Origin: an uncultured Gammaproteobacteria bacterium
GTDB lineage: Bacteria > Cyanobacteriota > Vampirovibrionia > Gastranaerophilales > CAJFVJ01
Length of the DNA stretch: 64,000 nt
NCBI GenBank assembly: GCA_964444415.1
Contig: CAYUHE010000001.1
Coordinates: 4,889 to 68,888, forward strand
Reading direction: 5' to 3'
Of the stretch, positions 9,991 through 18,756 are shown in pieces. The notes under the pieces were generated by a model. That model saw nothing but the letters and a program-made list of their open reading frames with translations. It was not told the origin of the DNA and made no database searches. Position numbers and translations under genes: made by a program. The first letter of the stretch is position 1, and the number at the start of each line of letters is the position of its first letter.

Positions 9991-10029
9991 AATATAATTA
10001 TAGTCCAAATAGATTCTCGTATATAAGCT

Positions 10030-10064
10030 AAAAAGGTGGTCTGCAAAATGCGAACCACCTTTTT
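10030..10064 (-). terminator. Bidirectional intrinsic terminator downstream of the response regulator
   Basis: aggtggt (10034-10040) pairs with accacct (10054-10060). Flanked by A5 on the left and T5 on the right. Confidence 0.6.
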
Positions 10065-10085
10065 GAACTTTTTATATTAATTATT

Positions 10086-10835
10086 CTACGAAATTCTTTG
10101 GAACATATAGCCGATTCCACGAGCTGTAAGAATCAACTCTGGATTAGCCGGATCTGTTTCCAATTTTGAACGTAATCTTGAAATGTGAACATCAACTACA
10201 CGAGTATCAATTCTGTGATCCGCAGGGTAGCTCCAAACATACTGAAGAATTTCATTTCTTGAGAATGCTTGACCAGAGTTGTTTACAAGCAATTCAAGCA
10301 AGCTGAATTCCATACCTGTAAGTCTGATACGCTCATTTTTGCGGAAAACTTGACGACGAGATGTGTCAATTTTGATATTTCCTGTAGTGATAACATTTTT
10401 AGTTACTTTTGTTGAACTTGTAGTTTCTTTGCCGTTAGTTCTTCTAAGAACAGCTTTTACACGAGCTTCAAGTTCTTTTGGACTGAAAGGTTTGATTACA
10501 TAATCATCAGCACCTAGTTCGAGTCCTGTAATTCTTTCTGATACATCGCCAAGAGCTGTCAAAATAATAATTGGAACATCCGATGTTCTTCTAACTTCTC
10601 TTGTCACTCCATAACCATCCAATTTTGGCATCATAATATCCAAAATTATTAAATCAGGATTGTGTTTTGCATACATTTCCAAAGCTTCTTCGCCATCTGC
10701 AGCAGTAATAACTTCGTATCCCACCATTTTTAAACGAGTTTCTAAGATTCTTCTGATACTCGCTTCATCATCAACGACTAAAATTCTCTCTTGATCGCTT
10801 ATTTCTTCTTGCAACATTTCATTATTGTCTGTCAT
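10086..10835 (-). CDS. rpaB: OmpR-family response regulator, RpaB/Ycf27-like
   Basis: 249 aa. Long runs match my recollection of cyanobacterial RpaB: ILVVDDEASIRRILETRL, MMPKLDGYGV, ITGLELGADDYV, KPFSPKELEAR, RLTGMEFSLLELLV, DTRVVDVHISRLR, NPELILTARG. Confidence 0.85.
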   Translation of the reverse strand: MTDNNEMLQEEISDQERILVVDDEASIRRILETRLKMVGYEVITAADGEEALEMYAKHNPDLIILDIMMPKLDGYGVTREVRRTSDVPIIILTALGDVSERITGLELGADDYVIKPFSPKELEARVKAVLRRTNGKETTSSTKVTKNVITTGNIKIDTSRRQVFRKNERIRLTGMEFSLLELLVNNSGQAFSRNEILQYVWSYPADHRIDTRVVDVHISRLRSKLETDPANPELILTARGIGYMFQRIS

Positions 10836-10997
10836 ATGTCCCGCCCTTACCAGAAATATTAACTAATATTACTTTATCTAAACATAAATATATATTATTA
10901 CAAAATTTTAATTTATGTAAATATATATTACCACAAGATTTCAGATTTTTAAAGGAGGATTTAAAAAAATCTAAATTTAATATTTTAACCTCAAAGC

Positions 10998-11023
10998 AAA
11001 AAGGGGAGACTTTCATCTCCGCC
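10998..11023 (-). terminator. Intrinsic terminator after the 302-aa gene
   Basis: ggaga (11005-11009) pairs with tctcc (11016-11020), with flanking GG/CC. On the minus strand a T5 follows (the A-run at 10998-11002). Confidence 0.5.
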
Positions 11024-11064
11024 TTTTATTTTTTTAGTTAGGTTAGTTACTAAAATATTATTAA

Positions 11065-11973
11065 TTAATTTTCTTTTTTCTTCATCATACCGCCGATTAA
11101 AGCACCGACAACAGCTGCGCCTATTGTATACATAGCGATTTTTCCGGCTGCTAGTTTTTTAGGAAGAGCACTTTTGATGTTTTCAAAAGCTGGTTTTGCA
11201 GTTTCACTGATGTCACTTAAACCTATTTTCAAACTTTTTTCTACTTGTTCTTTAGTTAATTTTGATTCTAAAGTTGTATCTTTTGTTATGCCTAAAGCTT
11301 CAACCTGATTTTTAAGAGAGTCAAGTACTGTAATTTCATTTTTAGATTGTTCAAGAAGTACGGCAGAATCTGAATTTTTAACAAAGTTTTCTAATTTTTC
11401 ACCATTTTTTGTCGCTGTACCTTTTGCATAGCTAACAACATCTGCTTCATACTTAACAATATGAATCGCATTTGCTTCATCACCAATGGTAACTGCTCCT
11501 GGTTTGCCTTTTTCTAATTTGCTTGCAGCTTCTTCAATTTTTGCCACGTCCTCTTTTCGAGTTTTCATCTCATTTTGAGCTTCATCTGACAATATACTTT
11601 TCATACCATCCAACTCATCTTGAGTTTTTACTATTTCAGAAACATTAACCTCTTTTGTTCCTTCAGGGAAAAGTCTTTTTAGCTCATCAGAAGAAACTTT
11701 GTCAACTCCATCTCTAACTTCTTTTGCTTGTCTAATCACTGCCACATCAGCAGCTTTATCTTCAGGAACAGCTTTTAAAGCTTCTTCCATTTTATCTGAT
11801 CTAACAAATGTATCTACATCTTTGAATTGTGGTCCTTTACCTAGAGGTGTCAAAAGACTTGCGCCTGCACCCACTACTGCACCGGTTACAAAACCGCCTG
11901 CTGCATGTGATTTTTTAGGTTCTTTTTTCTCCGGTACCGGCTGTGTGCCTTGAAAACTAACTGCCTTGATCAT
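11065..11973 (-). CDS. Hypothetical protein with a glycine-zipper hydrophobic segment at each end and a long charged helical middle (paralog A)
   Basis: 302 aa. N-terminal GGFVTGAVVGAGASLL, C-terminal IGAAVVGALIGGMMKKK, and a shared KPAFENIK motif. AGGAGA RBS. Confidence 0.65.
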   Translation of the reverse strand: MIKAVSFQGTQPVPEKKEPKKSHAAGGFVTGAVVGAGASLLTPLGKGPQFKDVDTFVRSDKMEEALKAVPEDKAADVAVIRQAKEVRDGVDKVSSDELKRLFPEGTKEVNVSEIVKTQDELDGMKSILSDEAQNEMKTRKEDVAKIEEAASKLEKGKPGAVTIGDEANAIHIVKYEADVVSYAKGTATKNGEKLENFVKNSDSAVLLEQSKNEITVLDSLKNQVEALGITKDTTLESKLTKEQVEKSLKIGLSDISETAKPAFENIKSALPKKLAAGKIAMYTIGAAVVGALIGGMMKKKEN

Positions 11974-12133
11974 AACTTTCTCCTTTAATATAATATTAAT
12001 AACTAACCTGCATTTGATACCATGATAAACGAGCCTGATAAAATAAATTGCCTAAAAGTATTGGTAACTTTACATAAATTTACACCAATGCCTGACATCA
12101 AGATAGGCAAGGCTTTCAACATGTCTGAAAAAT

Positions 12134-12162
12134 AAAAGGTGAACTGATTAGTTCACCTTTTT
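12134..12162 (-). terminator. Bidirectional intrinsic terminator after the 319-aa gene
   Basis: aggtgaac (12137-12144) pairs with gttcacct (12151-12158), with a 6-nt loop, flanked by an A-run and a T-run. Confidence 0.65.
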
Positions 12163-12187
12163 ATGAAAATATAATATTTACAAAATT

Positions 12188-13147
12188 TTATGCTTTTTTA
12201 CTTTTACCAAAGATTATGCCCGAAAGAATTCCGACACCAACTCCGATTCCAAGACCAATTTTGACACCTTTAGCTCTGTTTTTTGTAATATACTTTTTGA
12301 TTGCATCGAAAGCCGGTTTTACTTCTTCTATCATTTTGTCAATTGGCTTTTTGCCTTCCACATGCTTTATGTAAGCTTCTCTTGAAAATTTGCCGTCTTG
12401 AAGCATTTCAGGCTTTTGCAACAAAGTTACAAATTCTTGCAATTCTGCACTTTCGGTTTTTATGCTGTTTTGGAAAGTTTTTGCATTAATATTTCTTCCG
12501 TCTGTGATTTTTTTGATAACTTCATCGGTTTTGACTGTTCTATCACCAAACCAAGTTTCAGGATTCCAAAATTCACGCAAAGTAGCTTTTTTTGCCATTT
12601 CTTCGGCATTTCCTTCATAACCACTTTGTTTTATTATTGCAGCCAAATCGGCTCTTTTAATTTTGCTTCCTTCTTTTGCATTTAATGCTGTGACCAATTC
12701 AGTTCTGGCTTTAGACTGAGCTTCAAGGTTCACAATATTTGCTTGCGCCTCTGCAAAATTAGAATATTTTGGATTAAAAGACTTCATAGCCGCATCAATT
12801 TCCACATGAAGCATTTCTGGTTTAGGGAATATTTTTGCTATTGCTGCTTCATTAGCATCTTGAACTCTTTCGATTGCTATTTTTTGCTTTTCCAATGTTG
12901 CTTTAGCCGTTTTAGCTTCTTCCGGAGCTTTTGCGGGAATTTTTAATGTTTTTTCAAATGTATCTTGTTCCAAAAATTTATCAACAGATTTGATTCGTCT
13001 TGGAGCAAGAGCAAAGCCTGTTCCTGTCCCTATCGCACCCAAAACAACAGCATTTCTGACAGCTGTTTTTGTTTTTGAGCCGCCTCTTCTCTGCGGTGTT
13101 TGTTGTTGCGCAGAACTATAACCACTTGGATCAATTGGATTTACCAT
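12188..13147 (-). CDS. Hypothetical protein with a glycine-zipper hydrophobic segment at each end (paralog B)
   Basis: The ORF extends to a TTG at 13162. The ATG at 13147 is preferred (GAAAGG 8 nt upstream). N-terminal AVVLGAIGTGTGFAL, KPAFDAIKK, C-terminal IGLGIGVGVGILSGIIFGKSKK. Confidence 0.65.
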   Translation of the reverse strand: MVNPIDPSGYSSAQQQTPQRRGGSKTKTAVRNAVVLGAIGTGTGFALAPRRIKSVDKFLEQDTFEKTLKIPAKAPEEAKTAKATLEKQKIAIERVQDANEAAIAKIFPKPEMLHVEIDAAMKSFNPKYSNFAEAQANIVNLEAQSKARTELVTALNAKEGSKIKRADLAAIIKQSGYEGNAEEMAKKATLREFWNPETWFGDRTVKTDEVIKKITDGRNINAKTFQNSIKTESAELQEFVTLLQKPEMLQDGKFSREAYIKHVEGKKPIDKMIEEVKPAFDAIKKYITKNRAKGVKIGLGIGVGVGILSGIIFGKSKKA

Positions 13148-13230
13148 GATAAAACCTTTCAAACATACCTTAACCTATCATGATAAAAACATATATTCAG
13201 GAAAAATTGCCTTTTATTAAAAAAACAATC

Positions 13231-13515
13231 TTAACAAAACTTTATTCCTAACAATTTATTTAGTAATTTTTTGAAAAATCTAATCGCTACTTTAAATAAA
13301 TTTGAAAAATCTTCCTGCATTTTTTCATCAATATCTTTTTCTTTTGAAGAAAAAACAACTTCATCATCATTTAATAAATGTTCAGGAGATTCAAAAGCAG
13401 AATTGCCAAAACCGCCGCCACCTGCTGAAGCTCCACGACCGTCATTGTCAGTTGCTTGAGCTCTGTTAGTGCTTACATGAGGACGCCATTCGGAAGGATT
13501 AACATCAAAAGACAT
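13231..13515 (-). CDS. Small hypothetical protein (Gly-rich disordered N-terminus, amphipathic basic C-terminal helix)
   Basis: 94 aa. AAGGGA RBS about 8 nt upstream. Has GRGASAGGGGFGN and then FKVAIRFFKKLLNKLLG. Confidence 0.45.
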   Translation of the reverse strand: MSFDVNPSEWRPHVSTNRAQATDNDGRGASAGGGGFGNSAFESPEHLLNDDEVVFSSKEKDIDEKMQEDFSNLFKVAIRFFKKLLNKLLGIKFC

Positions 13516-13779
13516 TGTTTTTTCCCTTAAATTAAAGCCTTAAATCTATTACGATTATAACATATCGCTTGTAGTATTAGAATACCACTATTTATAAGGT
13601 TTCAAGCAAAAAAATGCTCGATTTAAAATATGAATTGAATTTCCTAGGTTAGTTTAAATTATTTCGCAAAAAAAATTTCATCCAAATATATGAATTTTAG
13701 CCCTATGTATTAATTATTAATAGAATTCGCCGACATATCGAGATAGAAGATATTAGGTTAATCACATACTGGAGAAATT

Positions 13780-14475
13780 ATGAAAATCTATGGTGGAGTT
13801 TATTACAACGAGGACGGTTTGAGTACTTCTATTCGTGGAATGAACGCTCAGACAAAGCTTTTTGGAATAATCAATGATAACGTACTCGGTTATAACAAAG
13901 TAGGTTATCAAGGTAAAGAAGCTGTTTTACCAAGTTTCGCCGAAATAATCGGTGCAAATGCAATATCAGAAGTCAGAAATAATGAATCCGGCAGAATGGC
14001 AAAAACAGACAAAGGTCTTGATTTTGCAATCTTAGAGCAAGGCTATTTTCAATATTTGACTCCGCAAGGCATTAAAGTAACTCGTGACGGACGCTTCCAA
14101 ATGGATAAAGACGGCTTTTTGACAACTTTGGAAGGAAATAAAGTCCTATCAAATGCAGGTGAAGCTGTCAAATTTAAAAAAATCCCCGAAGGAGTCGAAG
14201 ATATCAAACTTATGACTAACGGCGATTTGATGGTTTTAAATCACCAAACAAAAGAGCTTGAACTTGCTTCAACCTTAGGAATTGTATCTGACAAAGGTGC
14301 TGCGGTGAAACATCCGAACATTAAACAAGGTTATGTCGAAGCCTCAAATGTATCGCTTCAGGCAGAATTTTTAAAAATCATACCGATAAGACGCAGTTTT
14401 GCTGCAAATAAACAAATGTTTATGATTCAAAACAGCATGCTGTCTCAAACAATACAACAATTATCTAAAGGCTAA
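13780..14475 (+). CDS. flgF: Flagellar basal-body rod protein, FlgF-like
   Basis: 231 aa. N-terminal rod motif region (NDNVLGYNKVGYQ) and C-terminal IKQGYVEASNVSLQAEF, typical of the FlgF/FlgG family. The FlgF versus FlgG assignment is by position and size only. Confidence 0.75.
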   Translation: MKIYGGVYYNEDGLSTSIRGMNAQTKLFGIINDNVLGYNKVGYQGKEAVLPSFAEIIGANAISEVRNNESGRMAKTDKGLDFAILEQGYFQYLTPQGIKVTRDGRFQMDKDGFLTTLEGNKVLSNAGEAVKFKKIPEGVEDIKLMTNGDLMVLNHQTKELELASTLGIVSDKGAAVKHPNIKQGYVEASNVSLQAEFLKIIPIRRSFAANKQMFMIQNSMLSQTIQQLSKG

Positions 14476-14491
14476 ATAAAGGACAAATAAA

Positions 14492-15208
14492 ATGAATAAT
14501 TTACAAGGAATCATTTCAAGAACAGTAAACAACACAATGACAGAGTTCGAAAAACTCGGTTATTTGACCTCAAGTGCAACAAACTATAACACCAATGGTT
14601 ATAAAGCTGTTCGCTTCGAAAATATTATGCAAGAAACAGGAAGAATAACAGGCGTACAAAGAACAAACTATGCAGTAGGCGTTGCGGCAAACACCCACAA
14701 CCCTCTAGACATTGCTCTTACAGGACCTGGGTTTATTCCTGTGACTCAAAAAGACGGCTCTTTGGCTTTCACTCGTGACGGTTCAATGAAATTGAATTCT
14801 GAAGGAATACTGGTTACAAAAAGTGGCGATATCGTTGCCGATGGCATCAAAATCCCGCCTGTGTACAACAAACTCAGAATTGAAACTGACGGAACAGTAA
14901 ATGTTCAAATAGAAAAATATAGCGACTACCAAAAAATAGGGCAAATTCCTCTAATGGCTTTCAATAACTGCGAAGGACTAAAAGCAGTTGAAGGCAACAA
15001 GCTTTTGGCAACTGAAACTTCAGGAAAACCTATTTGGATGAAAGATCATCAATATATAAAACAAGGTGCTATTGAACGCTCAAACGTAAGTATTTTTGAC
15101 ACAGTTCAAGAAGTTCTGAAACTTAATGCAGGCGTAATTTCAGGAACAAGAATGATAAAAGTCGTAGACGATATGTACAAAGAAGCAATATCGCTAAGAC
15201 AAGGTTAA
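14492..15208 (+). CDS. flgG: Flagellar basal-body rod protein, FlgG-like
   Basis: 238 aa. Has NYNTNGYKAVRF and C-terminal IKQGAIERSNVSIFDTVQEV. Confidence 0.75.
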   Translation: MNNLQGIISRTVNNTMTEFEKLGYLTSSATNYNTNGYKAVRFENIMQETGRITGVQRTNYAVGVAANTHNPLDIALTGPGFIPVTQKDGSLAFTRDGSMKLNSEGILVTKSGDIVADGIKIPPVYNKLRIETDGTVNVQIEKYSDYQKIGQIPLMAFNNCEGLKAVEGNKLLATETSGKPIWMKDHQYIKQGAIERSNVSIFDTVQEVLKLNAGVISGTRMIKVVDDMYKEAISLRQG

Positions 15209-15229
15209 TAATTAGGAGATTTAAAAAAA

Positions 15230-15568
15230 ATGATTACAAATTCTTTAAAAGTATCAAATAATGTTTTAGATCTTTTATCAAGCAAGCAACAAGTTATTGC
15301 TGAAAATTTGGCAAACGTACACACTCCCGGGTACAAAAGACGTGATATTAATTTTTCACAGTACCTTGCAGGTCATAATAACAAATTAGAAACAACTTTG
15401 TCAGAAAAACTTGGACCATCACCTTTTATGACAACAGAATCAGGTGAAGTTTCTGCAACTACTGAATTGATGGATATGCAAAAAGTTCAGGTTTTCTATA
15501 GTGTGGCGGCACGCCAAATGACAAGCGTAATCCAACAAATGAAACAAGTAACTCAAGCAGGAAGATAA
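15230..15568 (+). CDS. flgB: Flagellar proximal rod protein FlgB
   Basis: 112 aa. Has NLANVHTPGYKRRDINF. Confidence 0.85.
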   Translation: MITNSLKVSNNVLDLLSSKQQVIAENLANVHTPGYKRRDINFSQYLAGHNNKLETTLSEKLGPSPFMTTESGEVSATTELMDMQKVQVFYSVAARQMTSVIQQMKQVTQAGR

Positions 15569-15583
15569 CAGAGGTAAGGTAAA

Positions 15584-16027
15584 ATGGGAATTTTAAACGC
15601 ATTAGATATTTCACAACAAGGCATGCAAGCTCATAGTATGAGATTGGATATTCATACTAAGAACATTGCAAACTTAGATACTCCAAATTACGTACGAAAA
15701 ATTCCTATTTTAGTAGCAAAGGATGATATATCATTCAACGGATTGTTGAATAATATGAGAAACCAGACTTTCAAAACAGGTGCTTTGCCATTTGACTCAG
15801 GCGGAGTTGAAATGACCGGCGTAGCATTTGATTCTTCGCAAGGAGAATTGATTTACAAACCGGGACACCCAGATGCTGATAAAAACGGATACGTAAGACA
15901 ATCAAACGTTGATCCTATGGTTGAAATGGCTGATGCAATGATGGCATCAAGAGCCTATGAAGCTAACTTGGCGGTAGCAGGTATTGTGAAAGCTATGGCG
16001 CAAAGGGCTACAGAAATCGGAAAATAA
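15584..16027 (+). CDS. flgC: Flagellar proximal rod protein FlgC
   Basis: 147 aa. Has NIANLDTPNYVRK, GYVRQSNVDPMVEMADAMMASRAYEANL. Confidence 0.9.
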   Translation: MGILNALDISQQGMQAHSMRLDIHTKNIANLDTPNYVRKIPILVAKDDISFNGLLNNMRNQTFKTGALPFDSGGVEMTGVAFDSSQGELIYKPGHPDADKNGYVRQSNVDPMVEMADAMMASRAYEANLAVAGIVKAMAQRATEIGK

Positions 16028-16048
16028 TAAGAGGAGCTGATTTATAAA

Positions 16049-16660
16049 ATGGTTGCATTCAGAGGAAAAATTGGGGAAATGATGAATACATCAGGTGCAG
16101 AAGCTGCTATGCAAAGAGCGGCACAGCTTGAGAAAAATGTTTATGAAAAAACCCAAGCACTCACCAACATATATTCAGCCCCAAAAAAACTTGACGGCAA
16201 AACTTTTGCACAATTTATGAAAGTTGATGCACCACCTTCAATCAACCCCGAAAAAGCCTTAAGCGGCTTAAAAAGAGCAGACAAAGAAGCAATTCTTGAT
16301 ATGGTAAAACAAGCCGCAAAGCACCACGGAGTTGATGAGAAACTTGTTTTGTCTGTCATAAAACAAGAATCGGGTTTCAATCCAAATGCCATCTCTCCTG
16401 TCGGAGCAAAAGGATTAATGCAGCTTATGCCAAAAACAGCAGCTCATTTAGGGGTTTCAAACCCAATGGATCCTTCACAAAACGTGTTTGGCGGAACAAA
16501 ATATCTGAAACAATTATTGGACAAATATAACGGAAACGTAATTTTGGCGCTCGCTGCTTATAACGCAGGTCCTGGAAATGTGGATAAATACCATAAAGTT
16601 CCACCGTTTAAAGAAACTCAAAATTATGTAAAAAACATTTTAGCAAATTATTTAGGTTAA
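16049..16660 (+). CDS. Soluble lytic transglycosylase (SLT domain), flagellum-associated by position
   Basis: 203 aa. Has [26 protein letters not shown] and [19 protein letters not shown]. Confidence 0.85.
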   Translation: MVAFRGKIGEMMNTSGAEAAMQRAAQLEKNVYEKTQALTNIYSAPKKLDGKTFAQFMKVDAPPSINPEKALSGLKRADKEAILDMVKQAAKHHGVDEKLVLSVIKQESGFNPNAISPVGAKGLMQLMPKTAAHLGVSNPMDPSQNVFGGTKYLKQLLDKYNGNVILALAAYNAGPGNVDKYHKVPPFKETQNYVKNILANYLG

Positions 16661-16676
16661 AACTCAGGAGGTTTTT

Positions 16677-17015
16677 ATGGCAAATTTAATACCGCAAATA
16701 GGACTTGATCAAAGCATTCAGGCTCATAAAATGAATATGAATTTTGTATCATCCTTCGGCCCTGGTGGTATGGAGGCAATTGATTCTCCTCAAAAAGGCA
16801 GTTTCAAAAACGTTATGGCAAATATGACAAATGATTTGAATACAACTATCAGCGCTCCGGATCAAATGTTACAAGACTCTGTGGCAGGAAACGGCGTAGA
16901 TATCCACGATGTAATCATTGCAATGAATAAAGCTGACATTGGCGTAAATATTGCAACGCAACTTACGACAAAAATCGTTCAATCATATGAAAAAATCATG
17001 GCAATTCAAGTATAA
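16677..17015 (+). CDS. fliE: Flagellar hook-basal body complex protein FliE
   Basis: 112 aa. The C-terminus DIHDVIIAMNKADIGVNIATQLTTKIVQSYEKIMAIQV fits the FliE consensus. Confidence 0.85.
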   Translation: MANLIPQIGLDQSIQAHKMNMNFVSSFGPGGMEAIDSPQKGSFKNVMANMTNDLNTTISAPDQMLQDSVAGNGVDIHDVIIAMNKADIGVNIATQLTTKIVQSYEKIMAIQV

Positions 17016-17082
17016 TTGCTATAATAAGGTATAATTATTGTTAGGGACCCTTGAGAAAAGTTAAGAATAAGGTGATTTGGGT

Positions 17083-18753
17083 ATGGATTTTAGAGCACTC
17101 CTCCAAAATAGAAACGTTTTAATAGGCGTTATAGCAGCAGCAGTATTGGTTATCGTCTTGGCGATAGTCATTCCAATAGTCGTATCAAACGGCGGTAATG
17201 GCTCAAAATCAGCTAAAGAAGCTGTAATAAAAGCTCCTTTAGACTTGCTGACTACAGCAAATCTGGGTAAAGCTATTGAAATTCAAGCATTGCTTGCCAG
17301 AGAAGGCATCCAAGCTGAAAGACGTGATGAAGGTGCCAAATCAGTAATCTTCTTGGCAAGTTATACTCAATCTCAAAGAGACAGAGCGCTTCTTGCTATC
17401 GTAAAAAGCGGCCTTATGGATCAATATGTAGGCCTAGAAGTCTTCGATAAAGGTGATTTCACCTCTACGAAACAAGATAAAAAAATCAGATTGGCAAGAG
17501 CCATAAACGGAGAGCTTTCAAGACTCATTAGAAGAATTCCTCCGATTGAAAATGCCTCTGTTTTTGTTTCAATTCCCGATGCAACTTTATTCACATCTAT
17601 GCAAAAACCTACAACTGCCACCGTTCAATTGACAATTCCAAGCGGCATAAAACTCGAAAGAGATAAAATCAAAGCAATCCAAAACCTTCTTTTGGGAAGT
17701 ATTCAGGATTTGAAAGCTGACAATATTGCTATCACAGATACTAACGGTAATGTTTATAACAGTATGATTGGCTTTGAAGACAAAATGCTTGATATGGTCG
17801 AAGAAAATGACCGCTATATGAAAGAAAAAGTTCAATCACAACTGGACAGGCTCATCGGAAAAGGTAATTACGTAGTCACAGTAAGCACCTACTTGAGAGA
17901 AGTTCCTGTCGAAAAAAACAGCGTGGTTTATGACCCTAATAGCCAAGTTGCACTAAACGAACAAAAATTTGTGGAACAACTGGGCGACCAATCACAAGAC
18001 AAAAACAAACTTACAAATGCAGTAAGTTCTTATATCCCATCTGCTATGCCTCAAGATAATTCTTCTCAGGCAAACAGAAGCTACAACCGCTCTGCACAAG
18101 AAACGCAATACGGTGTAAGCAAAACTCAAATCAAAGAATATCAAGGAACAGGAACGATGGAAGATATTTCCATTGCGGTTACTGTTGAAAAAAATTCAAT
18201 TCCTCTTGATATGTCTCTTGATGAATTCAAAGAATTAATCGCAACAGCAGCAAGCCCAAAAGTTTCTGCTGCAAATGTTGAAATCGCTTTTTCTGATAAT
18301 ATGAGTCCGTTTTTGGCAGGGGAAAAAGCAACTCAACTCCCAAAACCTGAAAGCAGCGGAAATCCTTGGTGGTTACTTCTGGTTGTCCTAGGCGGCGGAT
18401 TAGCTTTAGTACTTGTTTATGTAGACAAAAAATCCAAAGACGAAGCCAACAAAAATCAAAGAGAAATAGAAGATTTAAAATATTATGCCCGTCAGCAAGC
18501 TGACCAAATTGAACAATTTAATCAATCCACAAATATGATTATGGCTCAACAGCAAGAATTAAGAGAAACCATTACTGAAGATCGTCAAAGAGTCCCTGTA
18601 ACGGTAGCTCAAGAAAATTATTCTCAAGGTTCAGCTCAAGGGCAAGTTACATATCAAGATGTTTCTTTCGATGAAATTTCTGAAGCTGCAGATAAATACG
18701 ATGAAGAATCACTTGGCGATTACCTAAAATCCTGGATAGAAAAGGAAGATTAA
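17083..18753 (+). CDS. fliF: Flagellar MS-ring protein FliF
   Basis: About 556 aa (ATG at 17083 preferred over TTG at 17077). N-terminal TM, a YscJ/FliF-family region (RAINGELSRLIRRIPPIENASVFVSIP), a second TM (WWLLLVVLGGGLALVLVYV) and an acidic C-terminal tail. Confidence 0.85.
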   Translation: MDFRALLQNRNVLIGVIAAAVLVIVLAIVIPIVVSNGGNGSKSAKEAVIKAPLDLLTTANLGKAIEIQALLAREGIQAERRDEGAKSVIFLASYTQSQRDRALLAIVKSGLMDQYVGLEVFDKGDFTSTKQDKKIRLARAINGELSRLIRRIPPIENASVFVSIPDATLFTSMQKPTTATVQLTIPSGIKLERDKIKAIQNLLLGSIQDLKADNIAITDTNGNVYNSMIGFEDKMLDMVEENDRYMKEKVQSQLDRLIGKGNYVVTVSTYLREVPVEKNSVVYDPNSQVALNEQKFVEQLGDQSQDKNKLTNAVSSYIPSAMPQDNSSQANRSYNRSAQETQYGVSKTQIKEYQGTGTMEDISIAVTVEKNSIPLDMSLDEFKELIATAASPKVSAANVEIAFSDNMSPFLAGEKATQLPKPESSGNPWWLLLVVLGGGLALVLVYVDKKSKDEANKNQREIEDLKYYARQQADQIEQFNQSTNMIMAQQQELRETITEDRQRVPVTVAQENYSQGSAQGQVTYQDVSFDEISEAADKYDEESLGDYLKSWIEKED

Positions 18754-18756
18754 CCT

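Noticed and set aside
13231-13515. The 94-aa protein as the anti-sigma-28 factor FlgM
   Set aside because: The size, the disordered N-terminus and the position next to flagellar genes fit. However, I cannot find the conserved C-terminal FlgM helices or motif. It is kept only as a hypothetical.
13729-13736. gccgacat upstream of flgF as a sigma28 (FliA) -10 box
   Set aside because: It matches GCCGATAA at only 6 of 8 positions. The expected TAAA-type -35 at 15 nt upstream is only ttaa/taat in an AT-rich background. This is not distinguishable from chance without a genome-wide motif model.
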